In this document: positions 26,751-41,800 of the stretch, in pieces
Position numbering within the stretch: position 1 is the stretch's first letter
How the letters are laid out: every line of letters starts with the position of its first letter
NCBI RefSeq assembly: GCF_009914755.1
Contig: NC_060933.1
Length of the DNA stretch: 64,000 bases
From: the human T2T-CHM13v2.0 reference genome, Homo sapiens
Reading direction: 5' to 3' (one strand)
Made by a program: the position numbers and the translations under genes
Notes under the pieces: model-generated
Database searches by the model: none
What the model saw: only the letters and a program-made list of their open reading frames with translations
What the model was told of the DNA's origin: nothing

Positions 26751-28470
26751 TCCATTGTACTCGGGTTGATTCCATTCCATTGCATTCCATTCCATTCCAT
26801 TCCATTCCATTCCGTTGCATTCCATTACATTCAGATTGATTCTATTCAACTCCCTTACTATCCATTACATTCCATTCCATTCTTGTTGTTCCATTCCATT
26901 CCATTCCATTCCACTCCATTCCATTGCACTCGGGTTGATTCCATTCCATTCCATTCCATTCCATTCCATTCCATTCCGGATGATTCCATTCCATTGCATT
27001 TCGTTCCATTACATTCCCCTGCACTCGCGTTGATTCCATTCCATTCCATTCAATTCCATTCCATTACAATTCGTTCCATTCCATTCTATTCCGTACCATT
27101 CCATTCCATTCCATACCATTCCATTCCATTCCCTTCCATTCCATTCCGTTCCATTCCGTTCCATTGCATTCCATTCCATTCTATTCGGGTTAATTCCATT
27201 CCATTCCATTCCATTCCATTCTATTCCATTCCATTGCAATCGAGTTGAATCCATTGCATTTCATTCCATTCCATTCCATTCCATTCCATTCCGGAAGATT
27301 CCATTCCATTGCATTCCATTCCCCTGCACTCGCGTTGATTCCATTCCATTCCATTCCATTCCATTCCGTTCCGTTCCGTTCCATTCCATTCCATTCGATT
27401 CCATTCCGTTCCGTTCCATTCCATTCCATTCCATTCTATTTGGGTTAATTCCATTCCATTCCATTCGATTGCAATCGAGTTGATTCCATTCCATTCCATT
27501 CCATTCCATTCCTTTCCATTCCATTACGGATGATTCCATTCCATTGCATTCCATTCCATTCCATTCCCCTGTACTCGGGTTGATTCCATTCCATTCCATT
27601 CCAATCCATGCCATTCCACTCGTGTTGATTCCATTCTTTCCATTCCATTCAAGTTGAATCCATTCCATTGCATTCCATTCCATTCGATTCCATTCGATTG
27701 CACTCGGGGTGATTCCATTCCATTGCATTCCATTCCATTCCATTCCATTCCATTCCATTCCATTCCGTTCCATTCCATTCCATTCCATTCGGATTGATTC
27801 TATTCAATTCCCTTACACTCCATTACATTCCATTCCATTCGGGTAGTTTCCATTCCATTCCATTCCATTCCTCTCCATTCCATTACACTCGGGTTGATTC
27901 CATTCCATTGCATTCCATTCCATTCAATTCAATTCCATTCCGTTCCATTCCATTCCATTACATTCGGATTGATTCTATTCAACTCCCGTACTCTCCATTA
28001 CATTCGATTCCATTCGGGTTGTTCCATTCCATTCCATTCCATTCCATTCCATTCCATTCCGGATGATTCCTTTCCATTGCATTCCATTTCATTCCATTCC
28101 ATTCCGTTCCATTTCATTCTATTCGTGTTAATTCCATTCCATTCCATTCCACTCCATTCCAGTCCTTTCCATTCCATTCCACTCGTGTTGATTCCATTCT
28201 ATTCCTTTCAATTCCATTCCATTCCATTGCAATCGAGTTGATTCCATTCGAGTTGAATGCATTCCATTCCATTCCATTCCATTCCATTGCACACGGGTTC
28301 ATTCCATTCCATTCCATTCCATTCCATTCCATTTCATTCTATTCCATTCTATTCCATACCATTCCATTCCATCCCATTCCATTCCGTTCCATTCCATGCC
28401 ATTACACTCGGGTTGATTCCATTCCTTTCCATTCCATTCTTGTTGAATCCATTCCATTCCATTCCATTCC

Positions 28471-29330
28471 ATTCGAATCCATTCCATTGCACTCGGGTTG
28501 ATTCCATTCCATTCCATTCCATTCCATTTCATTCCATTCCATTCCATTACATTCGGATTGATTCTATTCAATTCCCTTACACTCCATTACATTCCATTCC
28601 ATTCGGGATGTTTCCATTCCATTCCATTCCATTCCACTCCATTCCATTGCATCAGGTTGATTGCATTCCATTCCATTCCATTCCATTCCGGATGATTCCA
28701 TTCCATTGCATTCCATTCCATTCCATTCCCCTGCACTCGGGTTGATTCCATTCCATTCCATTCCATTCCATTCCATTCCATTCCATTCCGTTCCATTCCA
28801 TTCCATTCCATTCTATTCCGGTTAATTCCATTCCATTCCATTCGATTAAATTCCATTCCATTCCATTCCATTGCAATCGAGTTGATTCCATTCCATTCCA
28901 GTCCATTCCGTTCCGGATGATTCCATTCCATTCCATTCCATTCCATTCCATTCCCCTGCAGTCGGGTTAATTCCATTCCATTCCATTCCATTCCATTCCA
29001 TTCCATTCCAATCGAGTTGATTCCATTCCATTCCATTCCATTCCATTCGAATCCATTCCATTGCACTCGGGTTGATTCCATTCCATTCCATTCCATTCCA
29101 TTTCATTCCATTCCATTCCATTACATTCGGATTGACTCTATTCAATTCCCTTACACTCCATTACATTCCATTCCATTCGGGATGTTTCCATTCCATTCCA
29201 TTCCATTCCACTCCATTCCATTGCATCAGGTTGATTGCATTCCATTCCATTCCATTCCATTCCGGATGATTCCATTCCATTGCATTCCATTCCATTCCAT
29301 TCCCCTGCACTCGGGTTGATTCCATTCCAT
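28471..29330 (+). repeat. 574-bp local tandem duplication (second copy partial), paralogous to 25541-26480
   Basis: ATTCGAATCC at 28471 and 29045, GGATGTTTCC at 28606 and 29180, ORF pair 28498/29072. Same CCAATCGAGTTG...ATTCGAATCC junction as at 26173-26219. Confidence 0.85.
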
Positions 29331-30880
29331 TCCACTCCATTCCGTTCCATTCCATTCCATTCCTTTTTATTCGGGTTAATTCCATTCCATTCCATTCAAT
29401 TCCATTCCATTCCAATCCATTACAATCGAGTTGATTCCATTCCATTCCATTCCATTCCATTCCATTCCAGTCATTTCCATTCCATTCCACTCGGATTGAT
29501 TCCATTCTATTAGTTTCCATTCCTTTCCATTCCCTTCCATTCCACTCTGGTTGATTCCATTCCTTTCAATTCCACTCGAATACGTTCCCTCCTCTTCCAC
29601 TCTGAACGATTCCATTCTATTCCATTCCATTCCATTCCATTTCGTTCCATTCCATTCTATTCCGTACCATTCCATTCCATTCCATTCCTTTCCATTCCAT
29701 TCCATTCCACTCGTGTTGATTCCATTCCTTTCCATTCCATTCGGTTTGAAGGCATTCCAATCCATTCAATTCCATTCCATTCCATTCCATTCCATTCCAT
29801 TCCATTCCATTCCATTCCATTCCATTGTACTCGGGTTGATTCCATTCCATTGCATTCCATTCCATTCCATTCCCCTTCTGTCGGGTTGATTCCATTCCAT
29901 TCCATTCCATTCCATTCCATTCCGTTCCTTTCCATTTAATTCCATTCCATTCTATTCGGGTTAATTCCATTCCATTCCATTCCATTCCATTCCGTTCCTT
30001 TCCATTTAATTCCATTCCATTCTATTCGGGTTAATTCCATTCCATTCCATTCCATTCCATTCCATTCCATTCCAATCGAGTTGATTCCATTCCATTCCAT
30101 TCCATTCCATTCCACTCCATTCCAGTCCTTTCCATTCCATTCCACTCGGGTTGATTCCAATGTATTCCTTTCCATTCCATTCCATTCCATTGCAATCGAG
30201 TTGATTCCATTGCTTTGCATTCCATTCCATTCCATTCCATTCCGGATGATTCCATTCCATTGCATTCCATTCCATTCCATTCCCCTGCACTCGGGTTGAT
30301 TCCATTCCATTCCACTCCATTCCGTTCCATTCCATTCCATTCCGTTTTATTCGGGTTAATTCCATTCCATTCCATTCAATTCCATTCCATTCCAATCCAT
30401 TACAATCGAGTTGATTCCATTCCATTCCATTCCATTCCATTCCATTCCATTCCATTCCAGTCATTTCCATTCCATTCCACTCGGGTTGATTCCATTCTAT
30501 TAGTTTCCATTCCATTCCATTCCCTTCCATTCCACTCTGGTTGATTCCATTCCTTTCCATTCCACTCGAATACGTTCCCTCCTATTCCACTCTGAACGAT
30601 TCCATTCTATTCCATTCCATTCCATTCCATTTCGTTCCATTCCATTCTATTCCGTACCATTCCATTCCATTCCATTCCTTTCCATTCCATTCCATTCCAC
30701 TCGTGTTGATTGCATTCCTTTCCATTCCATTCGGTTTGAAGGCATTCCAATCCATTCAATTCCATTCCATTCCATTCCATTGCATTCCATTCCATTACAT
30801 TCCATTCCATTCCATTCCATTCCATTGTACTCGGGTTGATTCCATTCCATTGCATTCCATTCCATTCCATTCCATTCCAT
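29240..30880 (+). repeat. ~990-bp local duplication
   Basis: GAATACGTTCCCTCC...ACTCTGAACG at 29578 and 30568, GGTTTGAAGGCATTCCAATCC at 29743 and 30733, ORF pair 29551/30541. Confidence 0.85.
29921..30060 (+). repeat. 70-bp tandem duplication
   Basis: TCCGTTCCTTTCCATTTAATTCCATTCCATTCTATTCGGGTTAATTCC at 29921 and 29991. Confidence 0.9.
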
Positions 30881-33800
30881 TCCGGATGATTCCATTCCAT
30901 TGCATTCCGTTCCATTACATTCCCCTGCACTCGCGTTGATTCCATTCCATTCCATTCCATTCCATTCAGTTCCATTCCATTACAATTCGTTCCATTCCAT
31001 TCTATTCCGTACTATTCCATTCCATTCCATACCATTCCATTCCATTCCATTCTATTCCATTCCATTCCATTCTTTCCATTCCTTTCCATTCCATTCCATT
31101 CCATTCTATTCGGGTTAATTCCATTCCAATCCATTCCATTCCATTCTATTCCATTCCATTGCAATCGAGTTGAGTCCATTGCATTTCATTCCATTCCATT
31201 CCATTCCATTCCGGAAGATTCCATTCCATTGCATTCCATTCCATTCCATTCCCCTACACTCGCGTTGATTCCATTCCATTCCAATCCATTCCATTCCATT
31301 CCGTTCCGTTCCGTTCCGTTCCATTCCATTCCACTCCATTCCATTCCATTCCGTTCCGTTCCATTCCATTCCTTTCCATTCTATTCGGGTAATTCCATTC
31401 CATTCCATTCGATTGCAATCGAGTTGATTCCATTCCATTCCATTCCATTCCATTCCATTCCATTCCTTTCCATTCCATTACGGATGATTCCATTCCATTG
31501 CATTCCATTCCATTCCATTCCCCTGTACTCGGGTTGATTCCATTCCATTCCATTCCAATCCATGCCATTCCACTCGTGTTGATTCCATTCTTTCCATTCC
31601 ATTCAAGTTGAATCCATTCCATTGCATTGCATTCCATTCGATTCCATTCGATTGCACTCTTGTTGATTCCATTCCATTCCATTCCATTCCATTCCATTCC
31701 ATTCCATTCCGTTCCATTCCATTCCATTACATTCGGAATGATTCTATTCAACTCCCTTACTCTCCATTACATTCCATTCCATTAGGGTTGTTCCATTCCA
31801 TTCCATTCCATTCCACTCCATTCCATTGCACTCGGGTTGATTCCGTTCCATTCCATTCCATTCCATTCCATTCTATTCAGGTTAATTCCATTCCATTCCA
31901 TTCGATTGCAATCGAGTTGATTCCATTCCATTCCATTCCATTCCCTTCCATTCCATTCCATTCCTTTCCATTCCATTACGGATGATTCCATTCCATTGCA
32001 TTCCATTCCATTCCATTCCCCTGTACTCGGGTTCATTCCATTCCATTCCATTCCAATCCATGCCATTCTACTCGTGTTGATTCCATTCTTTCCATTCCAT
32101 TCAAGTTGAATCCATTCCATTGCTTTCCATTCCATTCCATTCCCCTGCAGTCGGGTTGATTCCATTCCATTCCACTACATTCCCTTCCATTCCATTTCAT
32201 TCCGTTCCGTTCCATTTAATTCCATTCCATTCTATTCGGGTTAATTCCATTCCATTCCATTCCATTCCATTCCATTCCATTCCAATCGAGTTGATTCCAT
32301 TCCATTCCATTCCATTCCATTCCACTCCATTCCAGTCATTTCCATTCCATTCCACTCGGGTTGATTCCAATGTATTCCTTTCCAGTCCATTCCATTCCAT
32401 TGCAATCGAGTTGATTCCATTGCTTTGCATTCCATTCCATTCCATTCCATTCCGGATGATTCCATTCCATTGCATTCCATTCCATTCCATTCCCCTGCAC
32501 TCGGGTTGATTCCATTCCATTCCACTCCATTCCGTTCCATTCCATTCCATTCCATTGTATTTGGGTTAATTCCATTCCATTCCATTCCATTCCATTCCAT
32601 TCCATTCCATTCCATTACAATCGAGTTGATTCCATTTCATTCCATTCCATTCCATTCCATTCCAGTCCTTTCCATTCCATTCCACTCGGGTTGATTCCAT
32701 TCTATTAGTTTCCATTCCATTCCATTCCCTTCCATTCCACTCTGGTTGATTCCATTCCTTTCCAATCCACTCGAATACATTCCCTCCTATTCCACTCGGA
32801 ACGATTCCATTCCATTCCATTCCATTCCATTCCATTCCATTGCATTCCATTTCTTTCCATTCCATTCTATTCCATACCATTCCATTCCATTCGATTGCAT
32901 TCCATTCCATTCCATTCCATTCCACTCCATTCCAGTCCTTTCCATTCCATTCCACTCGGGTTGATTCCAATGTATTCCTTTCCATTCCATTCCATTCCAT
33001 TGCAATCGAGTTGATTCCATTGCTTTGCATTCCATTCCATTCCATTCCCCTGCACTCGGGTTGATTCCATTCCATTCCACTCCATTCCGTTCCATTCCAT
33101 TCCTTTCCGTTTTATTCGGGTTAATTCCATTCCATTCCATTCAATTCCATTCCATTCCAATCCATTACAATGGAGTTGATTCCATTCCATTCCATTCCAT
33201 TCCATTCCATTCCATTCCATTCCAGTCATTTCCATTCCATTCCACTCGGGTTGATTCCATTCTATTAGTTTCCATTCCATTCGATTCCATTCGATTGCAC
33301 TCGGGTTGATTCCATTCCATTGCATTCCATTCCATTCCATTCCATTCCATTCCATTCCATTCCATTGCATTCCATTCCATTCCCCTCTACTCGGGTTGAT
33401 TCCTTTCCATTCCATTCCACTCCATTCGGTTCTGTTGCATTCCATTCTATTGCATTCCATTCCATTCGGGTTAATTCCATTCCATTCCATTCCATTCCAC
33501 TCCATTCCATTGCACTCGGGTTGATTCCTTTCCATTCCATTCCATTCCGGAAGATTCCATTCCATTACATTCCATTACATTCCATTCCCCTGCACTCGCG
33601 TTGATTCCATTCCATTCCATTCCATTCCATTCCATTCCATTCCTTTCCGTTCCATTCCAATCCATTCCATTCCATTCCGTTCCGTTCCGTTCCGTTCCAT
33701 TCCATTCCATTCCATTCTATTCGGGTTAATTGCATTCCATTCCATTCGATTGCAATTGAGTTGATTCCATTCCATTCCATTCCATTCCATTCCATTCCAT

Positions 33801-35865
33801 TCCTTTCCATTCCATTACGGATGATTCCATTCCATTGCATTCCATTCCATTCCATTCCCCTGTACTCGGGTTGATTCCATTCCATTCCATTCCAATCCAT
33901 GCCATTCCACTCGTGTTGATTCCATTCTTTCCATTCCATTCAAGTTGAATCCATTCCATTGCATTCCATTCCATTCGATTCCATTCGATTGCACTCGGGT
34001 TGATTCCATTCCATTGCATTCCATTCCATCCCATTTCATTCCATTCCATTCCTTTCCATTCCATTCCATTCTATTCCATTCCATTGCAATCGAGTTGATT
34101 CCATTCCATTCCTTTCCATTCCATTCCATTGCCTTGAATTCCACTCGGGTTGATTCCATTCCCTTCTTTCCACTCCATTACATTCCCTTCCATTCCACTC
34201 GGAATGATTGATTCCATTCCATTCCATTCCATTTCATTCCATTACAATCCATTCCAATCCATTCCATTATATTCCATTCCACTCGAGTTGATTTCATTCC
34301 ATTCCTTTCCATTCCATTCCATTCGTTTCCACTCGAGTTGATTCCATTCCATTCCATTCCATTGCATTCCATTCCATGCCATTCCACTCTGGTTGATTCC
34401 ATTCCATTCCATTCCATTCCATTCCATTCCATTCCATTCCATTGCATTCCATTCCATTCCTTTCCCCTGCACTCGGGTTGATTCCATGCCTTTCCATTCC
34501 ATTTAATTCCATTCCATTCCATTCCATTCCATTCCATTCCAATCCGTTCCATTCCATTCCATTCTATTCCACTGCAATCGACTTGATTCCATTCCATTCC
34601 ATTGTATTCCATTCCATTCCATTCCATTCCATTCCATTCCATTCCATTCCATTTTGTTCCAATCCATTCTATTCCGAACCATGCCATTCCATTCCATTCC
34701 ATTCCATTGCATTCCCTTCCATGCCATTCCACTCGGGTTGATTCCATTCCATTCCATTCCATTCGATTCCATTCCATTCCATTCCATTCCGTTCCGTTAC
34801 GTTCCATTCCATTCCATTCCATTCTATTCGGGTTAATTCCTTTCCATTCCATTCGATTGCAATCGAGTTGATTCCATTCCATTCCATTCCATTCCATTCC
34901 ATTCCATTCCATTCCTTTCCATTCCATTACGGATGATTCCATTCCATTGCATTCCATTCCATTCCATTCCCTTGTACTCGGGTTGATTCCATTCCATTGC
35001 ATTCCAATGCATGCCCTTCCACTCGTGTTGATTCCATTCTTTCCATTCCATTCAAGTTGAATCCATTCCATTGCATTCCATTCCATTCGATTCCATTCGA
35101 TTGCACTCGGGTTGATTCCATTCCATTGCATTCCATTCCATTCCATTCCATTCCATTCCGTTCCATTCCGTTTCATTCCATTCCATTACATTCGGATTGA
35201 TTCTATTCAATTCCCTTACACTCCATTACATTCCATTCCATTCGGGTAGTTTCCATTCCATTCCATTCCATTCCTCTCCATTCCATTGCACTCGGGTTCA
35301 TTCCATTCCATTGCATTCCATTCCATTCCATTCAATTCCATTCCGTTCCATTCCATTCCATTACATTCGGATTGATACTATTCATCTCCCTTAGTCTCCA
35401 TTACATTACATTCCATTCGGGTTGTTCCATTCCATTCCATTCCATTCCACTCCATTCCATTGCACTCGGTTTGATTCCATTCCATTCCATTCCATTCCAT
35501 TCCGGATGATTCCATTCCATTGCATTCCATTCCATTCCATTCCCCTGCACTCAGGTTGATTCCATTCCATTCCATTCCACTCCATTCGGTTCCGTTCCAT
35601 TCCATTCTATTGCATTCCATTCTATTTGGGTTAATTCCATTCCATTCTATTCCATTCCATTCCATTCCATTCCATTGCAATGGAGTTGATTCCATTCCAT
35701 TCCATTCCATTCCGGATGATTCCATTCCATTGCATTCCATTCCATTCCATTCCATTCCATTCCATTCCATTTCATTCCATTGCAATCCATTCCAATCCAT
35801 TCCATTTCATTCCACTCGAGTTGATTTCATTCCATCTCTTTCCATTCCATTCCATTCCTTTCCAT

Positions 35866-38800
35866 TCGAGTTGATTCCATTCCATTCCATTCCATTGCAT
35901 TCCATTCCATGCCATTCCACTCGGGTTGATTCCATTCCTTTGCATTCCATTCCATTCCATTCCATTCCATTCCATTCCATTCCGTTGCATTCCATTCCAT
36001 TACATTCCGATTGATTCTATTCAACTCCCTTACTCTCCATTACATTCCATTCCATTCGGGTTGTTCCATTCCATTCCATTCCATAACACTCCATTCCATT
36101 GCACTCGGGTTGATTCCATTCCATTCCATTCCATTCCATTCCATTCCATTCCGGATGATTCCATTCCATTGCATTCCGTTCCATTACATTCCCCTGCACT
36201 CGCGTTGATTCCATTCCATTCCATTCCATTCCATTCAATTCCATTCCATTACAATTCGTTCCATTCCATTCTATTCCGTACCATTCCATTCCATTCCATA
36301 CCATTCCATTCCATTCCATTCCATTCCATTCCATTCCATTCCGTTCCATTCCGTTCCATTCCATTCCATTCCATTCTATTCGGGTTAATTCCATTCCATT
36401 CAATTCCATTCCATTCTATTCCATTCCATTGCAATCGAGTTGAATCCATTGCATTTCATTCCATTCCATTCCATTCCATTCCGGAAGATTCCATTCCATT
36501 GCATTCCATTCCATTCCATTCCCCTGCACTCGCGTTGATTCCATTCCGTTCCATTCCATTCCATTCCGTTCCGTTCCGCTCCGTTCCATTCCATTCCATT
36601 CCATTCCGTTCCGTTCCATTCCATTCCATTCCATTCTATTCGGGTTAATTTCATTCCATTCCATTCGATTGCAATCGTGTTGATTCCATTCCATTCCATT
36701 CCATTCCATTCCATTCCATTCCATTCCATTCCTTTCCATTCCATTACGGATGATTCCATTCCATTGCATTCCATTCCATTCCATTCCCCTGTACTCGGGT
36801 TGATTCCATTCCATTGCATTCCAATCCATGCCCTTCCACTCGTGTTGATTCCATTCTTTCCATTCCATTCAAGTTGAATCCATTCCATTGCATTCCATTC
36901 CATTCGATTCCATTCGATTGCACTCGGGTTGATTCCATTCCATTGCATTCCATTCCATTCCATTCCATTCTATTCCATTCCGTTCCATTCCATTCCATTA
37001 CATTCGGATTGATTCTATTCAATTCCCTTACACTCCATTACATTCCATTCCATTCGGGTAGTTTCCATTCCATTCCATTCCATTCCTCTCCATTCCATTG
37101 CACTCGGGTTGATTCCATTCCATTGCATTCCATTCCATTCCATTCAATTCCATTCCGTTCCATTCCATTCGATTACATTCGGATTGATACTATTCATCTC
37201 CCTTAGTCTCCATTACATTCCATTCCATTCGGGTTGTTCCATTCCATTCCATTCCATTCCACTCCATTCCATTGCACTCGGGTTGATTCCATTCCATTGC
37301 ATTCCATTCCATTCCATTCCATTCCATTCCGGAAGATTCCATTCCATTGCATTCCATTCCATTCCATTCCCCTGCACTCGCGTTGATTCCATTCCTTTCC
37401 ATTCCATTCCATTCCATTCCATTCCATTCCATTCCATTCTTTTCCATTCCATTCCATTCCGTTCCGTTCCGTTCCGTTCCGTTCCATTCCATTCCATTCC
37501 ATTCTATTCGGGTTAATTCCATTCCATTCCATTCGATTGCAATCGAGTTGATTCCATTCCATTCCATTCCATTCCATTCCATTCCATTCCTTTCCATTCC
37601 ATTACGGATGATTCCATTCCATTGCATTGCATTCCATTCCATTCCCCTGTACTCGGGTTGATTCCATTCCATTCCATTCCAATCCATGCCATTCCACTCG
37701 TGTTGATTCCATTCTTTCCATTCCATTCAAGTTGAATCCATTCCATTGCATTCCATTCCATTCCATTCCCCTGCAGTCGGGTTGATTCCATTCCATTCCA
37801 TTCCATTCCATTCCATTCCGTTCCGTTCCATTCCATTGCATTCCATTCCTTTCTACTCGGGTTAATTCCATTCCATTCCATTCCATTCCATTCCATTCCA
37901 ATCGAGTTGATTCCATTCCATTCCATTCCATTCCATTCCACTCCATTCCAGTCCTTTCTATTCCATTCCACTCGGGTTGATTCCAATGTATTCCTTTCCG
38001 TTCCATTCCATTCCATTGCAATCGAGTTGATTCCATTGCTTTGCATTCCATTCCATTCCATTCCATTCCGGATGATTCCTTTCCATTGCATTCCATTCCA
38101 TTCCATTCCCCTGCACTCGTGTTGATTCCATTCCATTCCATTCCATTCCGTTCCATTCCATTCCATTCCATTGTATTCGGGTTAATTCCATTCCATTCCA
38201 TTCCATTCCATTCCATTCCATTACAATCGAGTTGATTCCATTCCATTCCATTCCATTCCAGTCCTTTCCATTCCATTCCACTCGGGTTGATTCCATTCTA
38301 TTAGTTTCCATTCCATTCCATTCCCTTCCATTCCACTCTGGTTGATTCCATTCCTTTCCATTCCACTCGAATACATTCCCTCCTATTCCACTCGGAACGA
38401 TTCCATTCCATTCCATTCCATTCCATTCCATTCCATTCCATTTCGTTCCATTCCATTCTATTCCGTATCATTCCATTCCATTGCATTCCATTCCATTCTA
38501 TTCCATTCCATTCCGTTGCATTCCATTCCATTACATTCGGAATGATTCTATTCAACTCCCTTACTCTCCATTACATTCCATTCCATTCGGGTTGTTCCAT
38601 TCCATTCCATTCCATTCCACTCCATTCCATTGCACTCGGGTTGATTCCATTCCATTCCATTCCATTCCATTCCATTCCATTCCGGATGATTCCATTCCAT
38701 TGCATTCCGTTCCATTACATTCCCCTGCACTCGCGTTGTTTCCATTCCATTCCATTCCATTCCATTCAATTCCATTCCATTACAATTCGTTCCATTCCAT

Positions 38801-41800
38801 TCTATTCCGTACCATTCCATTCCATTCCATAACATTCCATTCCACTCCATTCCATTCCATTCCGTTCCATTCCGTTCCATTCCATTCCATTCCATTCCGT
38901 TCCGTTCCATTCCATTGCATTCCTTTCTATTCGGGTTAATTCCATTCCATTCCATTCGATTGCAATCGAGTTGATTCCATTCCATTCCATTCCATTCCAT
39001 TCCATTCCTTTCCATTCCATTACGGATGATTCCATTCCATTGCATTCCATTCCATTCCATTCCCCTGTACTCGGGTTGATTCCATTCCATTCCATTCCAA
39101 TCCATGCCATTCCACTCGTGTTGTTTCCATTCTTTCCATTCCATTCAAGTTGATTCCATTCCATTACATTCCATTCCATTCCGTTCCATTCCATTCCATT
39201 CCATTCCATTCCATTCCGTTCCGTTCCATTCCATTCCATTCTATTCGGGTTAATTCCATTCCATTCCATTCGATTGCAATCGAGTTGATTCCATTCCATT
39301 CCATTCCATTCCATTCCTTTCCATTCCATTACGGATGATTCCATTCCATTGCATTCCATTCCATTCCATTCCCCTGTACTCGGGTTGATTCCATTCCATT
39401 CCATTCCATTCCAATCCATGCCATTCCACTCTTGTTGATTCCATTCTTTCCATTCCATTCAAGTTGAATCCATTCCATTGCATTCCATTCCATTCCATTC
39501 CCCTGCAGTCGGGTTGATTCCATTCCATTCCATTCCATTCCATTCCATTCCATTCCATTCCATTCCGGATGATTCCTTTCCATTGCATTCCATTCCATTC
39601 CATTCCCCTGTACTCGGGTAGATTCCATTCCATTCCATTCCACTCCATTCGGTTCCGTTGCATTCCATTCTATTGCATTCCATTCTATTCGGGTTAATTC
39701 CATTCCATTCTATTCCATTCCATTCCATTCCATTCCATTGCAATGGAGTTGATTCCATTCCATTCCATTCCATTCCGGATGATTCCATTCCATTGCATTC
39801 CATTCCATTCCATTCTCCTGCACTCGTGTTGATTCCATTCCCTTCCATTCCATTCCATTCCGTTCCATTCCATTCCATTCCATTCTATTCCGGTTAATTC
39901 CATTCCATTCCATTCCATTCCATTCCATTCCATTGCAATCGAGTTGATTCCATTCCATTCCTTTCATTCCATTCCATTGACTTGCATTCCACTCGGGTTG
40001 ATTCCATTCCCTTCTTTCCACTCCATTACATTCCCTTCCATGATTGATTCCATTCCATTCCTTTCCATTCCATTCCATTGCCTTGCATTCCAATCGGGTT
40101 GATTCCATTCCCTTCTTTCCACTCCATTACATTCCCTTCCATTCCACTCGGAATGATTGATTCCATTCCATTCCATTCCATTTCATTCCATTGCAATCCA
40201 TTCCAATCCATTCCATTCCATTCCACTCGAGTTGAATTCATTCCATTCCTTTCCATTCCATTCCATTCCTTTCCACTCGAGTTGATTCCATTCCATTCCA
40301 ATCCATTGTATTCCATTCCATGCCATTCCACTCGGGTTGATTCCATTCCTTTGCATTCCATTCCATTCCATTCCATTCCATTCCATTCCATTCCATTCCG
40401 TTGCATTCCATTCCATTACATTCGAATTGATTCTATTCAACTCCCTTACTCTCCATTACATTCCATTCCATTCGGGTTGTTCCATTCCATTCCATTCCAT
40501 TCCACTCCATTCCATTCCATTCCTCTCCATTCCATTGCACTCGGGTTGATTCCATTCCATTGCATTCCATTCCATTCCATTCAATTCCATTCCGTTCCAT
40601 TCCATTCCATTACATTCGGATTGATTCTATTCAACTCCCTTACTCTCCATTACATTCGATTCCATTCGGGTTGTTCCATTCCATTCCATTCCATTCCACT
40701 CCATTCCATTGCACTCGGGTTGATTCCATTCCATTCCATTCCATTCCGGAAGATTCCATTCCATTACATTACATTACATTACATTCCCCTGCACTCGCGT
40801 TGATTCCATTCCATTCCATTCCATTCCATTCCATTCCATTCCATTCCTTTCCGTTCCATTCCATTCAATTCCATTCCGTTCCGTTCCGATCCGTTCCGTT
40901 CAATTCCATTCCATTCCATTCTATTCGGGTTAATTCCATTCCATTCCATTCGATTGCGATCGAGTTGATTCCATTCCATTCCATTCCATTCCATTCTTTT
41001 CCATTCCATTACGGATGATTCCATTCCATTGCATTCCATTCCATTCCATTCCCCTGTACTCGGGTTGATTCCATTCCATTCCATTCCAATCCATGCCATT
41101 CCACTCGTGTTGATTCCATTCTTTCCATTCCATTCAAGTTGAATCCATTCCATTGCATTCCATTCCATTCGATTCCATTCGATTGCACTCGGGTTGATTC
41201 CATACCATTGCATTCCATTCCATTCCATTTCATTCCATTCCATTCCTTTCCATTCCATTCCATTCCATTCCATTCCATTCCATTCCATTGCAATCGAGTT
41301 GATTCCATTCCATTCCATTCCATTCCATTCCATTCCATTCCATTGCAATCGTGTTGATTCCATTCCATTCCTTTCCATTCCATTCCATTGCCTTGCATTC
41401 CAATCGGGTTGATTCCATTCCCTTCTTTCCACTCCATTACATTCCCTTCCATTCCACTCGGAATGATTGATTCCATTCCATTCCATTCCATTTCATTCGG
41501 TTGCAATCCATTCCAATCTATTCCATTCCATTCCATTCCACTCCAGTTGATTTCATTCCATTCCTTTCCATTCCATTCCATTCCTTTCCACTCGAGTTGA
41601 TTCCATTCCATTCCATTCCATTGCATTCCATTCCATGCCATTCCACTCGGGTTGATTCCATTCCATTGCATTCCATTCCATTCCATTCCATTGTATTCGG
41701 GTTAATTCCATTCCATTCCGTTCCATTCCATTCCATTCCATTCCATTCCATTACAATCGAGTTGATTCCATTCCATTCCATTCCATTCCAGTCCTTTCCA

